Assembly: GCA_964016885.1 (NCBI GenBank)
Contig: OZ024743.1
Span: 174,406,001-174,470,000, forward strand
Direction: 5' to 3'
Length of the DNA: 64,000 nt
DNA from: Eledone cirrhosa
Taxonomy: Eukaryota
The position numbers and the translations under genes were made by a program. Shown piece by piece: positions 50,201 through 63,295 of this stretch (its first letter is position 1; every line of letters starts with the position of its first letter). The notes below the pieces were generated by a model. It was not told where the DNA came from, made no database searches, and worked only from the letters and a program-made list of their open reading frames with translations.

Positions 50201-53200
50201 TTAATAGTATATTGTCTACATTAATAGTATATTGTCTACATTAATAGTACATTGCGCTCTACACTAATAGTATATTGTCTACATTAATAGTATATTGTCT
50301 ACATTAATAGTATATTGTCTACATTAATAGTATATTGTCTACATTAATAGTACAATGTGCTCTACATTAATAGTATATTGTCTACATTGATAGTACATTG
50401 TACTCTACATTAATAGTATATTGTCTACATTACTAGTATATTGTCTACGTTAATAGTACATTGTGCTCTACACTAATAGTATATTGTCTACATTAATAGT
50501 ATATTGTCTACATTAATAGTATATTGTCTACATTAATAGTATATTGCCTACATTAATAGTATATTGTCTACATTAATAGTTCATTGCGCTCTACATTAAT
50601 AGTATATTGTCTACATTAATAGTATATTGTCTACATTAATAGTATATTGTCTACATTAATAGTACATTGTGCTCTACATTAATAGTATATTGTCTACATT
50701 AATAGTATATTGTGCTCTACACTAATAGTATGTTGTCTACATTAATAGTATATTGTCTACATTAATAGTATATTGTCTACATTAATAGTACATTGTGCTC
50801 TACACTAATAGTATATTGTCTACATTAATGGTATATTGTCTACATTAATATTATATTGTCTACATTAATAGTACATTGTGATCTACACTAATAGTATATT
50901 GTCTACATTAATAGTATATTGTCTACATTAATAATATATTGTCTACATTAATAGTATAGTGTCTACATTAATAGTACATTGTGCTCTACATTAATAGTAT
51001 ATTGTCTTCATTAATAGTATATTGTCTACATTAATAGTACATTGTGCTCTACACTAATAGTATATTGTGTACATTAATAGTATATTGTCTACATTAATAG
51101 TAGCTTGTGCTCTACATTAATAGTATATTGTCTACGTTAATATTATATTGTCTACATTAATAGTACATTGTGCTCTACATTAATAGTATATTGTCTACAT
51201 TAATAGTATATTGTCTACATTAATAGTACATTGTGCTCTACATAATAGTATATTGTCTACATTAATAGTATATTGTCTACATTAATAGTACATTGTGCTC
51301 TACATTAATAGTATATTGTCTACATTAATAGTATATTGTCTACATTAATAGTACATTGTGCTCTACACTAATAGTATATTGTCTACATTAATAGTATATT
51401 GTCTACATTAATAATATATTGTCTACATTAATAGTATATTGTCTACATTAATAGTATATTGTCTACATTAATAGTATATTGTCTACATTAATAGTACATT
51501 GTGCTCTACACTAATACTATATTTTCTACATTAATAGTATATTGTCTACATTAATAGTATATTGTCTACATTAATAATATATTGTCTACATTAATAATAT
51601 ATTGTCTACATTAATAGTATATTGTCTTCATTAATAGTATATTGTCTACATTAATAGTATATTGTCTACATTAATAGTATATTGTCTACATTAATAGTAC
51701 ATTGTGCTCTACATTAATAGTATATTGTCTACATTAATAGTATACTGTCTACATTAATATTACATTGTGCTCTACATTAATAGTATATTGTCTACATTAA
51801 TAGTATATTGTCTACATTAATAGTACATTGTGCTCTACATTAATAGTATATTGTCTACATTAATAGTATATTGTCTACATTAATAGTACATTGTGCTCTA
51901 CACTAATAGTATATTGTGTACATTATTAGTATATTGTCTACATTAATAGTACCTTATGCTCTACATTAATAGTATATTGTCTACATTAATAGTATATTGT
52001 CTACATTAATAGTATATTGTCTACGTTAATATTATATTGTCTACATTAATAGTACGTTGTGCTCTACATTAATAGTATATTGTCTACATTAATAGTATAT
52101 TGTCTACATTAATAGTACATTGTGCTCTACATTAATAGTATATTGTCTACATTAATAGTATATTGTCTACATTAATAGTACAATGTGCTCTACATTAATA
52201 GTATATTGTCTACATTAATAGTATATTGTCTTCATTAATAGTATATTGTCTACATTAATAGTACATTGTGCTCTACACTAATAGTATATTGTGTACATTA
52301 ATAGTATATTGTCTACATTAATAGTACCTTGTGCTCTACAATAATAGTATATTGTCTACGTTAATATTATATTGTCTACATTAATAGTACATTGTGCTCT
52401 ACATTAATAGTATATTGTCTACATTAATAGTATATTGTCTACATTAATAGTACATTGTGCTCTACATAATAGTATATTGTCTACATTAATAGTATATTGT
52501 CTACATTAATAGTATATTGTCTATATTAATAGTACATTGTGCTCTACACTAATAGTATATTGTCTACATTAATAGTATAGTGTCTACATTAATAGTACAT
52601 TGTGCTCTACATTAATAGTATATTGTCTACATTAATAGTACATTGTGCTCTACATTAATAGTATATTGTCTACATTAATAATATATTGTCTACATTAATA
52701 GTATATTGTCTACATTAATAGTATATTGTCTACATTAATAGTATATTGTCTACATTAATATTATATTGTCTACATTAATAGTACATTGTGCTCTACATTA
52801 ATAGTATATTGTCTACATTAATAGTATATTGTCTACATTAATAGTACATTGTGCTCTACATTAATAGTATATTGTCTACATTAATAGTATATTGTCTACA
52901 TTAATAGTACATTGTGCTCTACATTAATAGTATATTTTCTACATTAATAGTATATTGTCTACATTAATAGTATATTGTCTACATTAATAGTACATTGTGC
53001 TCTACATTAATAGTATATTGTCTACATTAATAGTATATTGTCTACATTAATAGTACATTGTGCTCTACACTAATAGTATATTGTCTACATTAATAGTATA
53101 TTGTCTACATTAATAGTACCTTGTGCTCTACACTAATAGTATATTGTCTACATTAATAGTATTTTGTCTACATTAATAGTATATTGTCTACATTAATAGT

Positions 53201-54341
53201 ATATTGTCTACATTAATAGTATATTGTCTACATTAATAGTACATTGTGCTCTACATTAATAGTATATTGTCTACATTAATAGTATATTGTCTACATTAAT
53301 AGTATATTGTCTACATTAATAGTATATTGTCTACATTAATAGTACATTGTGCTCTACAGTAATAGTATATTGTCTACATTAATAGTATATTGTCTACATT
53401 AATAGTATATTGTCTACATTAATAGTATATTGTCTACATTAATAGTACATTGTGCTCTACATTAATAGTATATTGTCTACATTAATAGTATATTGACTAC
53501 ATTAATAGTATATTGTCTACATTAATAGTATATTGTCTACATTAATAGTACATTGTGCTCTACATTAATAGTATATTGTCTACATTAATAGTATATTGTC
53601 TACATTAATAGTATATTGTCTACATTAATAGTATATTGTCTACATTAATAGTACATTGTGCTCTACAGTAATAGTATATTGTCTACATTAATAGTATATT
53701 GTCTACATTAATAGTATATTGTCTACATTAATAGTATATTGTCTACATTAATAGTACATTGTGCTCTACATTAATAGTATATTGTCTACATTAATAGTAT
53801 ATTGACTACATTAATAGTATATTGTCTACATTAATAGTATATTGCCTACATTAATAGTATATTGTCTACATTAATAGTACATTGTGCTCTACACTAATAG
53901 TATATTGTCTACATTAATAGTATATGGTCTACATTAGTAGTATATTGTCTATATTAATAGTATATTGTCTACATTAATAGTATATTGTCTACATTAATAG
54001 TACATTGTCTACATTAATAGTACATTGTGCTCTACATTAATAGTATATTGTCTGCATTAATAGTATATTGTCTACATTAATAGTACATTGTCTACATTAA
54101 TAGTACATTGTGCTCTACATTAATAGTATATTGTCTACATTAATAGTACATTGTGCTGTACACTAATAGTATATTGTCTCCATTAATAGTATATTGTCTA
54201 CATTAATAGTACATTGTGCTCTACATTAATAGTACATTGTGCTCTACACTAATAGTATATTGTCTACATTAATAGTATATTGTGTACATTAATAGTATAG
54301 TGGGGTCTACACTAATAGTATATTGTCTACATTAATAGTAT
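38225..54341. repeat. 16-kb satellite array of 20-bp (CTACATTAATAGTATATTGT) and 23-bp (CTACATTAATAGTACATTGTGCT) monomers
   Basis: Roughly 750-800 units, typically 1-7 20-mers per 23-mer; single orientation except 39679-39717. Confidence 0.98.
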
Positions 54342-54814
54342 GGCGGTGGGTTGGCAGTATCGGTATATGGTTACAATAATATTTTTTAATTAATGAATCT
54401 TATCCAATTTTATTATAATATAGTTTAGAAATTGGCAGTATCGGTAGAGGGTCGGACGCCATGCTTTCCAGCATAGTTACGTCCCATTACGGTCTGAGTT
54501 CAAATCCCTTCGAGGTTAACTTTGCCTTTTATCCTTACTGGGTCGATAAAATAAAGTACCAGTAATCTACTGGATAATTGCTGGCCTTGTGCCAAAAGTA
54601 GAAACAATTATATTATATTTTAGAAAATAAGGATTTGACAGTATCGGTAGAGAGTCGGACACCGTGCTTTGCAGCATAGAGTTACGGCCCTTTATGATCT
54701 GATTTCAAATCCCACCAAGGTTAACGTTGCCTTTCATCCTTTCGGGGTCGATAAAATAAAGTACCAGTAATGCACTGGGTAATTGCTGGCCTTGTGCCAA
54801 AAGTAGAAACAATT
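54342..54814 (+). mobile_element. Cluster of Meta-core SINEs (one head fragment and two near-complete copies)
   Basis: GGCGGTGGGTTGGCAGTATCGG at 54342; copies at ~54431-54615 and ~54631-54814 with the same core and tail as 8176-9232. Confidence 0.88.
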
Positions 54815-55379
54815 AAAAGTATAGTGTGATCTACAATTGAAGTCGAATTTCATTTGTTAGGAAATGCGTCGATGACGATCAAGATATACAAGGAGAATCT
54901 TTGGTCTATACCTTTCCTCTCTCTTCATATACACACATACATATTTATGTGACTGTGTGGTGGGGATTATGATAAAAGCTTTCCATCTGTGGCCATCCGT
55001 TTATTTGTATATCAAAGACTACCTTCTCAATGAATCCTTCGTTTATGAAAGTGGAAAGATGTGATTTGATTGAGTTTTAGTTGATATTTCTAACAGGACA
55101 ATCGATCAATGGAGGTTCATTTAGATATTGTTGCTTAGCTTCAAGCTTCAGGCTAGCCTTAAACTGAGCAAACATAAAAAGACGTGTCTATTGTATCCTT
55201 CATGTTAATGGTAGCGATTTTGCTGCTCTCGAATAAAGAAAGGCATAGGGTAATCTTCATGATGCCATGGTAAACACTCTCTATATTTTCAGCAAAGATA
55301 TAAATACGCATTTCAGGATCAAGAAGTGTTGCGTGGTATGGTGTTCTGGTTTTATAGGGTGGGAAAGTTATGTCAACTG

Positions 55380-55960
55380 ACTGAATATTGTTACAAGATG
55401 TGATGAAAGCCAGAGAGAACAATGGATACAAATATTTAGGTCTGTTGGAAATAAATAAGACCATCGGAAATGAAATGAAAAGGACATTTGAAAAATAATA
55501 TCTTTAAAAGCGAATATCTTTAAAAAGCAAATTGAATGGAAAACAAAACAAGATTATAGCAATAAAAGGGTGGGAAAGTTTGGGGGATAATGTACGTTGC
55601 TGGGATTATCAAATATAGCAAAGAAGAGATGACGAGGATCGATACTAAAACCTAAAAGACAGTGACCATGAATGGAGTACTGGATAGAAACAGTGATATC
55701 GATACAGTTGATCTCTCCAGGATCAAAGTTAGAGGTTTGATAAACCGTGAAAACTATTTTTTAAAATCATTATGTGAACAATCTCAGTTGATACATAGAG
55801 AACAGAGTTGAATCCTGGCTGATGAATGTAAAATACTGTGGCACTTTACAGGCTGAAAGTTGCATTGAAAATAACCATGATAAGAAAGAAGTGATAGAAG
55901 AGAGAAAAAATGGATGGATAAATGGATGCATAATTAATTTAAAAGAGACATTGAAAGTAG
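55380..55960 (+). mobile_element. Highly decayed R4/Dong-type LINE RT remnant
   Basis: GYKYLGLLE, LKSKLNG, NKIIAIKGW, AGII, RIDTKT..TMNG..DID, RGL fragments with stops and frameshifts. Confidence 0.6.
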
Positions 55961-55971
55961 AATATTGGACT

Positions 55972-56012
55972 GTACGAAGGTCGGCTGCAAAGTTCATAGA
56001 CTGACCAAGATA
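55972..56012 (+). mobile_element. Possible mariner terminal inverted repeat fragment
   Basis: TACGAAGGTCGGCTGCAAAGTTCATAG resembles TA-CGAGGG..mariner termini; no partner TIR seen. Confidence 0.3.
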
Positions 56013-56013
56013 C

Positions 56014-56306
56014 AAGAATGGCCCGAGTCAATGGACCTACTCTGAGTATATGCCTGTAAATTGAAGGTGGAAAACTGGGAGAGGACACTTGCCCTGGTGG
56101 TCAGGTCACCGTGGCATTTTTTAATGGGCTTTCTCCACGATGGCCTTCGGAAGTCTCCCCTCTATTGGGGAATTTTTCATTGTTCTTTTATTACATCCTC
56201 TGTTTTTGTTTTTTTACACGCAGAAATGCCCATTTGTACCGTCCTGTATGTCCTGTACTGTCCTTAATGTCTACTTTGTGTAAACCCTTGTGGTTAATAA
56301 AGAAAG

Positions 56307-56369
<63 letters not shown>
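56014..56369 (+). mobile_element. 5'-truncated Tx1-type LINE (ORF2 end, 3' UTR, (ATT)n tail)
   Basis: Close match to 62986-63295; tail CCTTGTGGTTAATAAAGAAAGC(ATT)n. Confidence 0.92.
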
Positions 56370-56370
<1 letters not shown>

Positions 56371-57339
56371 GTTGCATTTATCTTGCTTTATGTTCATACA
56401 AGTTATCACCAAGTCACAACCAGTGACCTCAAGAAAGAACATACATACACACACATGCATCTTTAGGTGTTTAGACTTGTGATGTACTTATATTGACAGA
56501 ATCTTCCTTTAGTATATGGGCAGTTCCCATTAGTACTATCTTTTGTATTTCTCCTATACGCGGGTTTCCTGGGATTTGCGATAAGTAATCATTAGACCCC
56601 GTAGGTAACATTCCTAGAGCGCCTACAACCACTGGTATTGTTTTAGTTCTCAATTTCCACATTTTTCCAATTTCTATCTCCAGGTCCTTATACTTGCTCA
56701 ATTTTTCAAATGTTTTTATAGATACATTCTTGTCTATTGGAACGGACATATCAATTAGCAGGCATACCCTCTTTTTAAAGTCCGTCAGTATTATATCAGG
56801 TCTATTTGCATCTATTTTTCGGTCTGTTTGGATGCTAAAGTTCCACAAGATTGAGATGTGATCTTTTTCAAGTATGGGAAGTGGTTGATGCTCCCACCAA
56901 TTCTTTTGATGGGGCAGGTCAAAATGCTTACACATTATCCAATGTATGTATTGTGCAGCTCTGTCATGCCTGTTTAGGTATTCGGTTGGAGCTATAGGAC
57001 TGCACATTGAAATTATATGATCAATGGTTTCTGGTTGTTTTTTACATACACGGCATAATGGGTTGCATCCATTTTTTATTATGTTGGCTTGGTAATTTTT
57101 TGTTGGCAGACACTGATCTTGTGCTGATATAATCAGTCCTTCAGTCTCCGATTTCAGTCCAGAGGATGCCAACCACTGATGGGTTAAAGTTTTGTCAACA
57201 TCAGGATTGTTAGTTCTTTCTGGGTATTTTCCATACAGAGGCTTTTCTTGCCATTTCTTAGCCAGTTTCTGTAGCAGTTCTTTCTTTGCAGTTACTTTTA
57301 CCTGCTTTGCTTTTTCTGTGTTTTCCATTTCAGCAGTAA
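56370..57339 (-). mobile_element. 5'-truncated R4/Dong-type non-LTR element (CCHC + restriction-like endonuclease) flanked by (TAA)n
   Basis: ORF 56471-57328: AQDQ, CRVC..ETIDHIISMC, RHD, RPDII, IDMSVP, K..KYKDL, PVVVGALG; TAA repeats at both ends. Confidence 0.9.
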
Positions 57340-57593
57340 ATTATTATTATTATTATTATTATCATTATTATTATTATTATTATTGGCGACCTACGTAGTA
57401 AATCGTATCATCGTGAGCTCCGCAAAGGTTTGTTATTTCCGTTTGTTAAAAATTGCCATTTATGGAAAATTTTTATTGTTAACCATATATAAGCGCACAT
57501 ACATTGTTTTCCGAAAAGGACACCCAAAAAGATTGGGGCCTTGTGCCCAAAATTTAAACTTTTATTATTATCAAAAAATTTCTTTGAAAAAAA

Positions 57594-59578
57594 ATGGCTA
57601 ATTCACCTCTGCACCAAGCAGCTGAAAGCCTTCCTCACAAATTAACACCTCACACCGACACCACCATTGTAAATGTTACTACGTTTGCCAACACAAAAAA
57701 TATAAGCAGTAGCAATATTTTAAATTTGTCTCAGGCAGACATTCATTTCCCGCCATTACCAGTGACTGCAGGTGTTAAAGCCTCCACCACCACCACCACT
57801 GCGACAACCACCACCCCCGCCACCACCGCGACAACAGAAACAAAAGAAGAAAAAAATAAATTAACTCGTGATGTCGAAATGAAATCAAGCAAAATGGACT
57901 CTTCCCCACCAAAGACGACTGACGTCACCACCACCACAACTGAAACTAAAATTAATATTAACACAAATAACGATAGCAACAACAACAACAATGACATTAT
58001 AAAAACGACCCTCAGTTTTGCCAGAGTAGCAAAACAGTTCGAAGCATTTACGGTAACTCAGGAGGATTTAGAAAATGCCAAACAAATGGTAAAGAAAGAT
58101 GGGTACAGGGTCAGCCTCCCCCCCCCACCCCACCTAATAAAATGGAGCATCGGCGCCTATGCACCGTGTCGTATCGAACAATAAATGTAAAATCGCGCTG
58201 AGTGGAACGGGCATCCGAGTCCCAAATCCAAAAAGCTTTGGGACATGTGTGGGCAAGAAAAATCAGACGTAGGCAGAAGTATGGAACCGTGGACGTGTTC
58301 TTTGAAACACCAGAGGAGGCTAGAGAACACTCCATGGCCCCATTAAGAAGTGACGACTTCACACTCGTCCCAAGCTATTGTGGCCAGAGACTCGTAAAGA
58401 TCAGGGTGACCCACGTTTCACCGGCCATCGAAATTCCCTGGCTAATAGCGGCCGTCCTCGCCGGCATCGAAGCCAACACAAAAATAATAGCAATAGCAAA
58501 AGAAAAGCAGGAGAACTGGTCCGGATCTGGGATGGAGCTCCTGATCCAAGCGGACCAAAAAAGCATTGAGGAGATCCCAGAGGTAATAGACCTCACTGAC
58601 GGCAGCCACCTCACGGTAATTGTCGAGGGCAGAAGACCTAGGTGTGTCGTTTGTGGTGAAGGAACCCACCTAGGGGCTTTCTGCCCTCAGGCTAAAAGGT
58701 TGAGGCCACCTCTCCTACCCACCCCAGTGACACAACCATCAACACCACCAGTAGCAGAGATGGCAGCAACAACTGTAGCAGCAACAACAGAAGCAACTAT
58801 AACAGCAACAACCCCAGCAACAGTAGCAAAACCAACACCACCACCACCACCAGCAAAACCAACACCACCACCACCCAACGCTTCAGAACTAGCACCAGCG
58901 CCTACACCATCCACCACGCCACAACCAAAACTAACGCCTGTGGAGGATTTTCCACTCCCCGGCCTATCACAACTGGAGACAGATTGTGACGACGAGGAGT
59001 GGGAAACGATATCCGGAAAAAAAAAAAGAAACCAAAAAAGAAAAAATTCTCTTCCTTCCCCCTCCAAAAACAAAATACAGAGGGAAACAAATAAATTAAG
59101 AAACAAAAAAGTTAGGACAAATATACCACCATCCACACCAGCATCACCAACACCATCAACCCAAACACCAACACCATCAACATCATTAACCCCAACACCA
59201 CCATCACCTACACCACAAAAGTCACCAAAATGCGAAACAGAAACAAACCCACAACAAACGCAAACAAAGCAAAACAACCAAAACGATACACACTACACAG
59301 CATTAAATTTGAACAACAAGCAATTATTACACTACATCCAACACAACACCAGCATCACAGAAAAAGACTACACAACAACCCCAAAATTCACACCACCTCC
59401 ACACATACAAATCACTCGCATCACACAGAAAACGTACATGACACTAAAACAAAAATTCCCCAAAGACATCGGAGACTTCCGACAAGCACTCTCTAGGAGG
59501 ATTTATAAGGACATCCTTCCTGAGGAGGCCACGAGCAGTGAAAAGGATGGAAAACCGTCCTTCCCCTACGAGAAGTAA
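57594..59578 (+). pseudogene. ORF1 (gag-like): low-complexity N-terminus, RRM-like region, CCHC knuckle, Pro/Thr-rich tail
   Basis: CVVCGEGTHLGAFC (CX2CX4HX4C); frameshift in poly-C at ~58117-58130 and in-frame TGA at 58199-58201. Confidence 0.85.
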
Positions 59579-59617
59579 GGTAAGTGGTCTTTCCCATCTT
59601 TTCCACTCCTTTTCAAC

Positions 59618-62600
59618 ATGACCTCACTGAGAATAGGCAGCATAAATGCGCGTGGCTTGGGGTCGTCATGGAAGCAGGGCCACCTGCTCAACGACCTCAG
59701 GTCACTAAACATAGATGTAGTGGCCATCAGCGAGACCAGAATCTCCGAAGCACAGGCTTTCGCACCGATCTTCGGCGGCTACGATGTGTACGCATGTCCC
59801 AGCCGTCCGGGATCGGGGGGAGGAGTTGCTGTGCTTTTTCGGAGAGGTTTTGATCTTGTCATACGGGCCATCTTCCTGGACCCAGAAGGTAAGTTGGTGG
59901 TGCTGGACGTGACCAGCGGAGACGGCCAAGCTTTCAGGTTAGTGGCCGTCTATGCCCCGACAGGAGCAGGGCGGCCTGATTTCTTTTGGCGTCTGGAGAC
60001 CTTTCTTGGAACGTCCCGCTCTTTAGTGTTAGTGGGCGACTGGAACGGGATCTTAGATGCACGCTGGGATTGTGTGGGATTAGTGGATAGGGAAGGAGGG
60101 TGCAAGAGTCTCACCAACCTGCTCAGACGTTTTGAACTGTCTGACAGGTACCGAAAGGATTTCCCGAATGTACCAATGTGGACTTGGACAAATCGCATAG
60201 GGTCATCCAGATCATATCTAGATAGAGTATTTTGTAGGGAAATAGATAGGTCTAGCATAGGCTGTCCACAATTCAAGATAGTCAGCTACACGGACCACAA
60301 ATTCGTGATCTGTGTGCTTGACTTAGATAGGCTTCATAGACGAGGACCCGGCTACTGGAAGCTAAACGCGTCCTTACCAGCGCGCAAGGCCTACAGAGAC
60401 CGGATTAGCGAACTAGTTAAGCGGGCGTTGACGGGGGCCATCGTCAACAACAAGTGGTGGTTTGCTCTGAAAAGAGCAATTAGAATAGAGTCCATTAGGT
60501 TTAGTAAGACTTTAGCAATAGAGAAAAATAGAGCAGAGGGAGAATTAGTTAGAAAATTAGATGAGGCGCTTAGCAAAGGCATCGCGACCGACTTACTTGC
60601 GGCGAAATTGGCCCTTGACCAATTCTTCAATGCAAAGCACGAAGACTGCGTTGTCAGAGCTAGGGTGCGTGCTCTCAGACACGAGGGGACGAAAGCCGTT
60701 CAATGGGCCCGAGTGGCGGAGGGGCGTCGTAGCAACAAAGCCACGATCCGGTCTTTGGTGGACCACGACGGGCGCATGCTACTCGATCCCGGGCAAATGT
60801 GTGAAGCTTTTCAGCGACACTTCGCTCAACTGTTCGGTGGCGGTGGCGGGCCGGATCGAGGGATGGACTTTAGTGTCTACCTCGACGGACTGCCGCGGCT
60901 TTCGGCCACTCAGGCGGAGTGTTGCGAAAAGCCGATAACAACCGCTGAAGTACGGGATGCAATGACTAGTTGCACAAGGGGTAAATCGCCTGGTTTGGAT
61001 GGTCTGCCCTATGAACTTTACGTACAAATGCCAAACTTGTTCGGAGGTCTCTTGGCGGACGTCTACTGCAACTGGCAACAGAACGGGAGAATTCCCAGCT
61101 CTGTGAGCCGAGGAGCGGTGGCGCTGCTGAGAAAGGATCCGATCAAGGGGGATAACATAGATAATTTTAGGCCCATAACTCTGCTAAACACAGAGTTCAA
61201 GATTTTGGCCAAGGTGCTAGCAAAGAGGTTGGCGCTTGTCGTTGGTGGTCTGGTGGGAGAGGCACAGACATGCGCCATTCCCGACAGATCCATCCACGAC
61301 AACCTCCACCTCATGCGATACATCGTAGAGAGGGTAGCTAGGGAACCTGGCACGGGTGGGTCTATGATCAATTTAGATCAGTCGAAAGCCTTCGATAGGG
61401 TCGACCATCGTTACCTAGCGGCAGTCCTGAGGGCGGCTGGCTTTGGGCCCGTCTTCAGAGGCTGGATCGCTGCCATGCACAGCGACATCTGCTCTGTAGT
61501 GAGAGTGAACGGTAACCTTTCGGAACCGTTCAACATCATGCGCTCGGTCCGCCAAGGATGTCCACTCTCGTCCCTATTGTACGTATTGACTCTCGAGCCA
61601 TTACTGCACAAACTGGAGACGTTGAGGGGGGTCCCGCGCGAACTAGGATGCGGAAGATCCGTGTCAGCATATGCCGACGATGTCACCGTAGTGGTGTCGA
61701 ACGCCAAACACATCGAGGCGATCGGCACTACACTAAGAGAATACGAAGCGGTGACAGGAGCAATGATCAACCAGGAAAAGTCAGTGGGCCTGTAGCTCGG
61801 CACCTGGAGAGGCAGGTCCATGCCGTCCAACAGCGTCGTCGGGCGCTGGACGGACGGACCGGTTAAATTGCTAGGGGTTTGGTTCGGTCCAGACCTTCAG
61901 ACGGACAAAAACTAGGACGAGGTGACGAGCAGGGTGGCTTCTCTCACCCAGAAATGGGCCGAGAGGAAGCTATCCCTGAAAGGTCGAGCGGAGGTGGCTA
62001 ACGCGTACATCGCGTCCGTCATCTACTACCGCCTGACCGTCGAACCTTGTCCTAAGCCCCGCCTGACTGCGCTGGAGCGTTTGCTCTTTCGCTTCTTGTG
62101 GAAGGGACGCGCTCCGATGGTCAGGCGGTCCATCTGCTGTCAACACCCGCTACGTGGAGGGCTGGGCATGCCGTGGCTGATGATGCGCAGACACGCGCTC
62201 AGGCTACGACATCGCCACCTCTTCCTCGACGGTGATCAGGTGTGGTCGCCGTTTGCTAGACACGTTTTTCCCCAGCTCGTCTCCTTGACGGAGCTGCAGT
62301 CCTGGGTCAAGCGAAGGCCGAGAGGGAGCGTTTGGAGACTGGAATGTCTTCAGGCGCTCACAGCCCTCGACCAATCGGGCAATGTGATCGGTGGAAACTC
62401 CACCTTGGCGTTCTATAGGGGATTAGTGGAGAGCGACGACGTACTTGGAGAAACTCTAGGCGTCGACGAAAATCAACTAGCCAATCTCTTCGGAAGGACT
62501 TTCGGGCCGGGGCCTATGGACAACTTCCAGAAATCCCTGGCCTGGCAGTGCTACCGGGGTGCTTTGCCAGTTCGGGATAAACTTTACAGGCATGGAGGTG

Positions 62601-63031
62601 CCGTCAGCCGGGCATGTCCGAGATGCGCACAGGGCGACGAAACCGTCCTGCACGCACTCGTCCAGTGTCCGAGCATTGCTGACTTGTGGGTTTATGTCGA
62701 ACACCTGCTGTCACGTGTAGGACGGATCCAGCTATCAGCTGAGTCCATCGTGAGTATTGCCCCGCCCTCCTCCTTTAGCCGGGAAGGGCAGGCGGTTTTT
62801 ATCTGTCTGGTGGCCATGGCGAAAGAGATAGTATGGTGGACACGTTTGAAAGGGCTGAAGACGAGCACTTACCTCTTCGGTGATGCCCTGATTAACTTTT
62901 TCAAATTTCATCTGAAAAGGAAAATCAGGGTAGAGAGGGAAGTGCTCTCTTCCCAGCATTTTGTTGAAAGATGGGTGATAGAAGCAAGTATGGCCCGAAT
63001 GAATGGGCCTTCTCTGAGTATGTGTCTGTAA
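59618..63031 (+). pseudogene. ORF2: APE endonuclease + RT + C-terminal CCHC, with two premature stops
   Basis: SINARGL, SETRI, VYAP, GDWN, YLDR, TDH, GYWKLN, KSPGLDGLP, LDQSKAFDRV, RQGCPLS, YADD, CPRC..ETVLHALVQC; TAG at 61793-61795 and 61913-61915. Confidence 0.92.
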
Positions 63032-63295
63032 ATTAAAGGTGGAAAACTGGGAGAAGGCACTTGCTCTGGTGGTCAGGACCACTGTGATCTTTTAATGGGC
63101 TTTCTCCACAAATGTCCCTCGGAAGTCTCCCCCCTATTCGGGAATTTTTCTTTGTTATTTTATTTCATCCTCTGTTTTTTTACACGCAGAAATGCCCATT
63201 TGTACCGTCCTGTATTGTCCTGCACTGTCCTTAATGTCTACTTTATGTAAACCCTTGTGGTTAATAAAGAAAACATTATTATTATTATTATTATT

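Larger units (their letters stand above)
57385..63295 (+). mobile_element. Full-length Tx1-type (L1 group) LINE flanked by (ATT)n; recently inactivated
   Basis: 5' UTR 57385-57593, ORF1, ORF2, 3' UTR with AATAAA and (ATT)7 tail at 63275-63295; upstream (ATT)n at 57340-57384. Confidence 0.93.

Noticed and set aside
38225-54341. Satellite as CRISPR array, telomere or coding repeat
   Set aside because: No spacers, no G-rich telomeric motif, and no ORF of 60 aa or more in the track.
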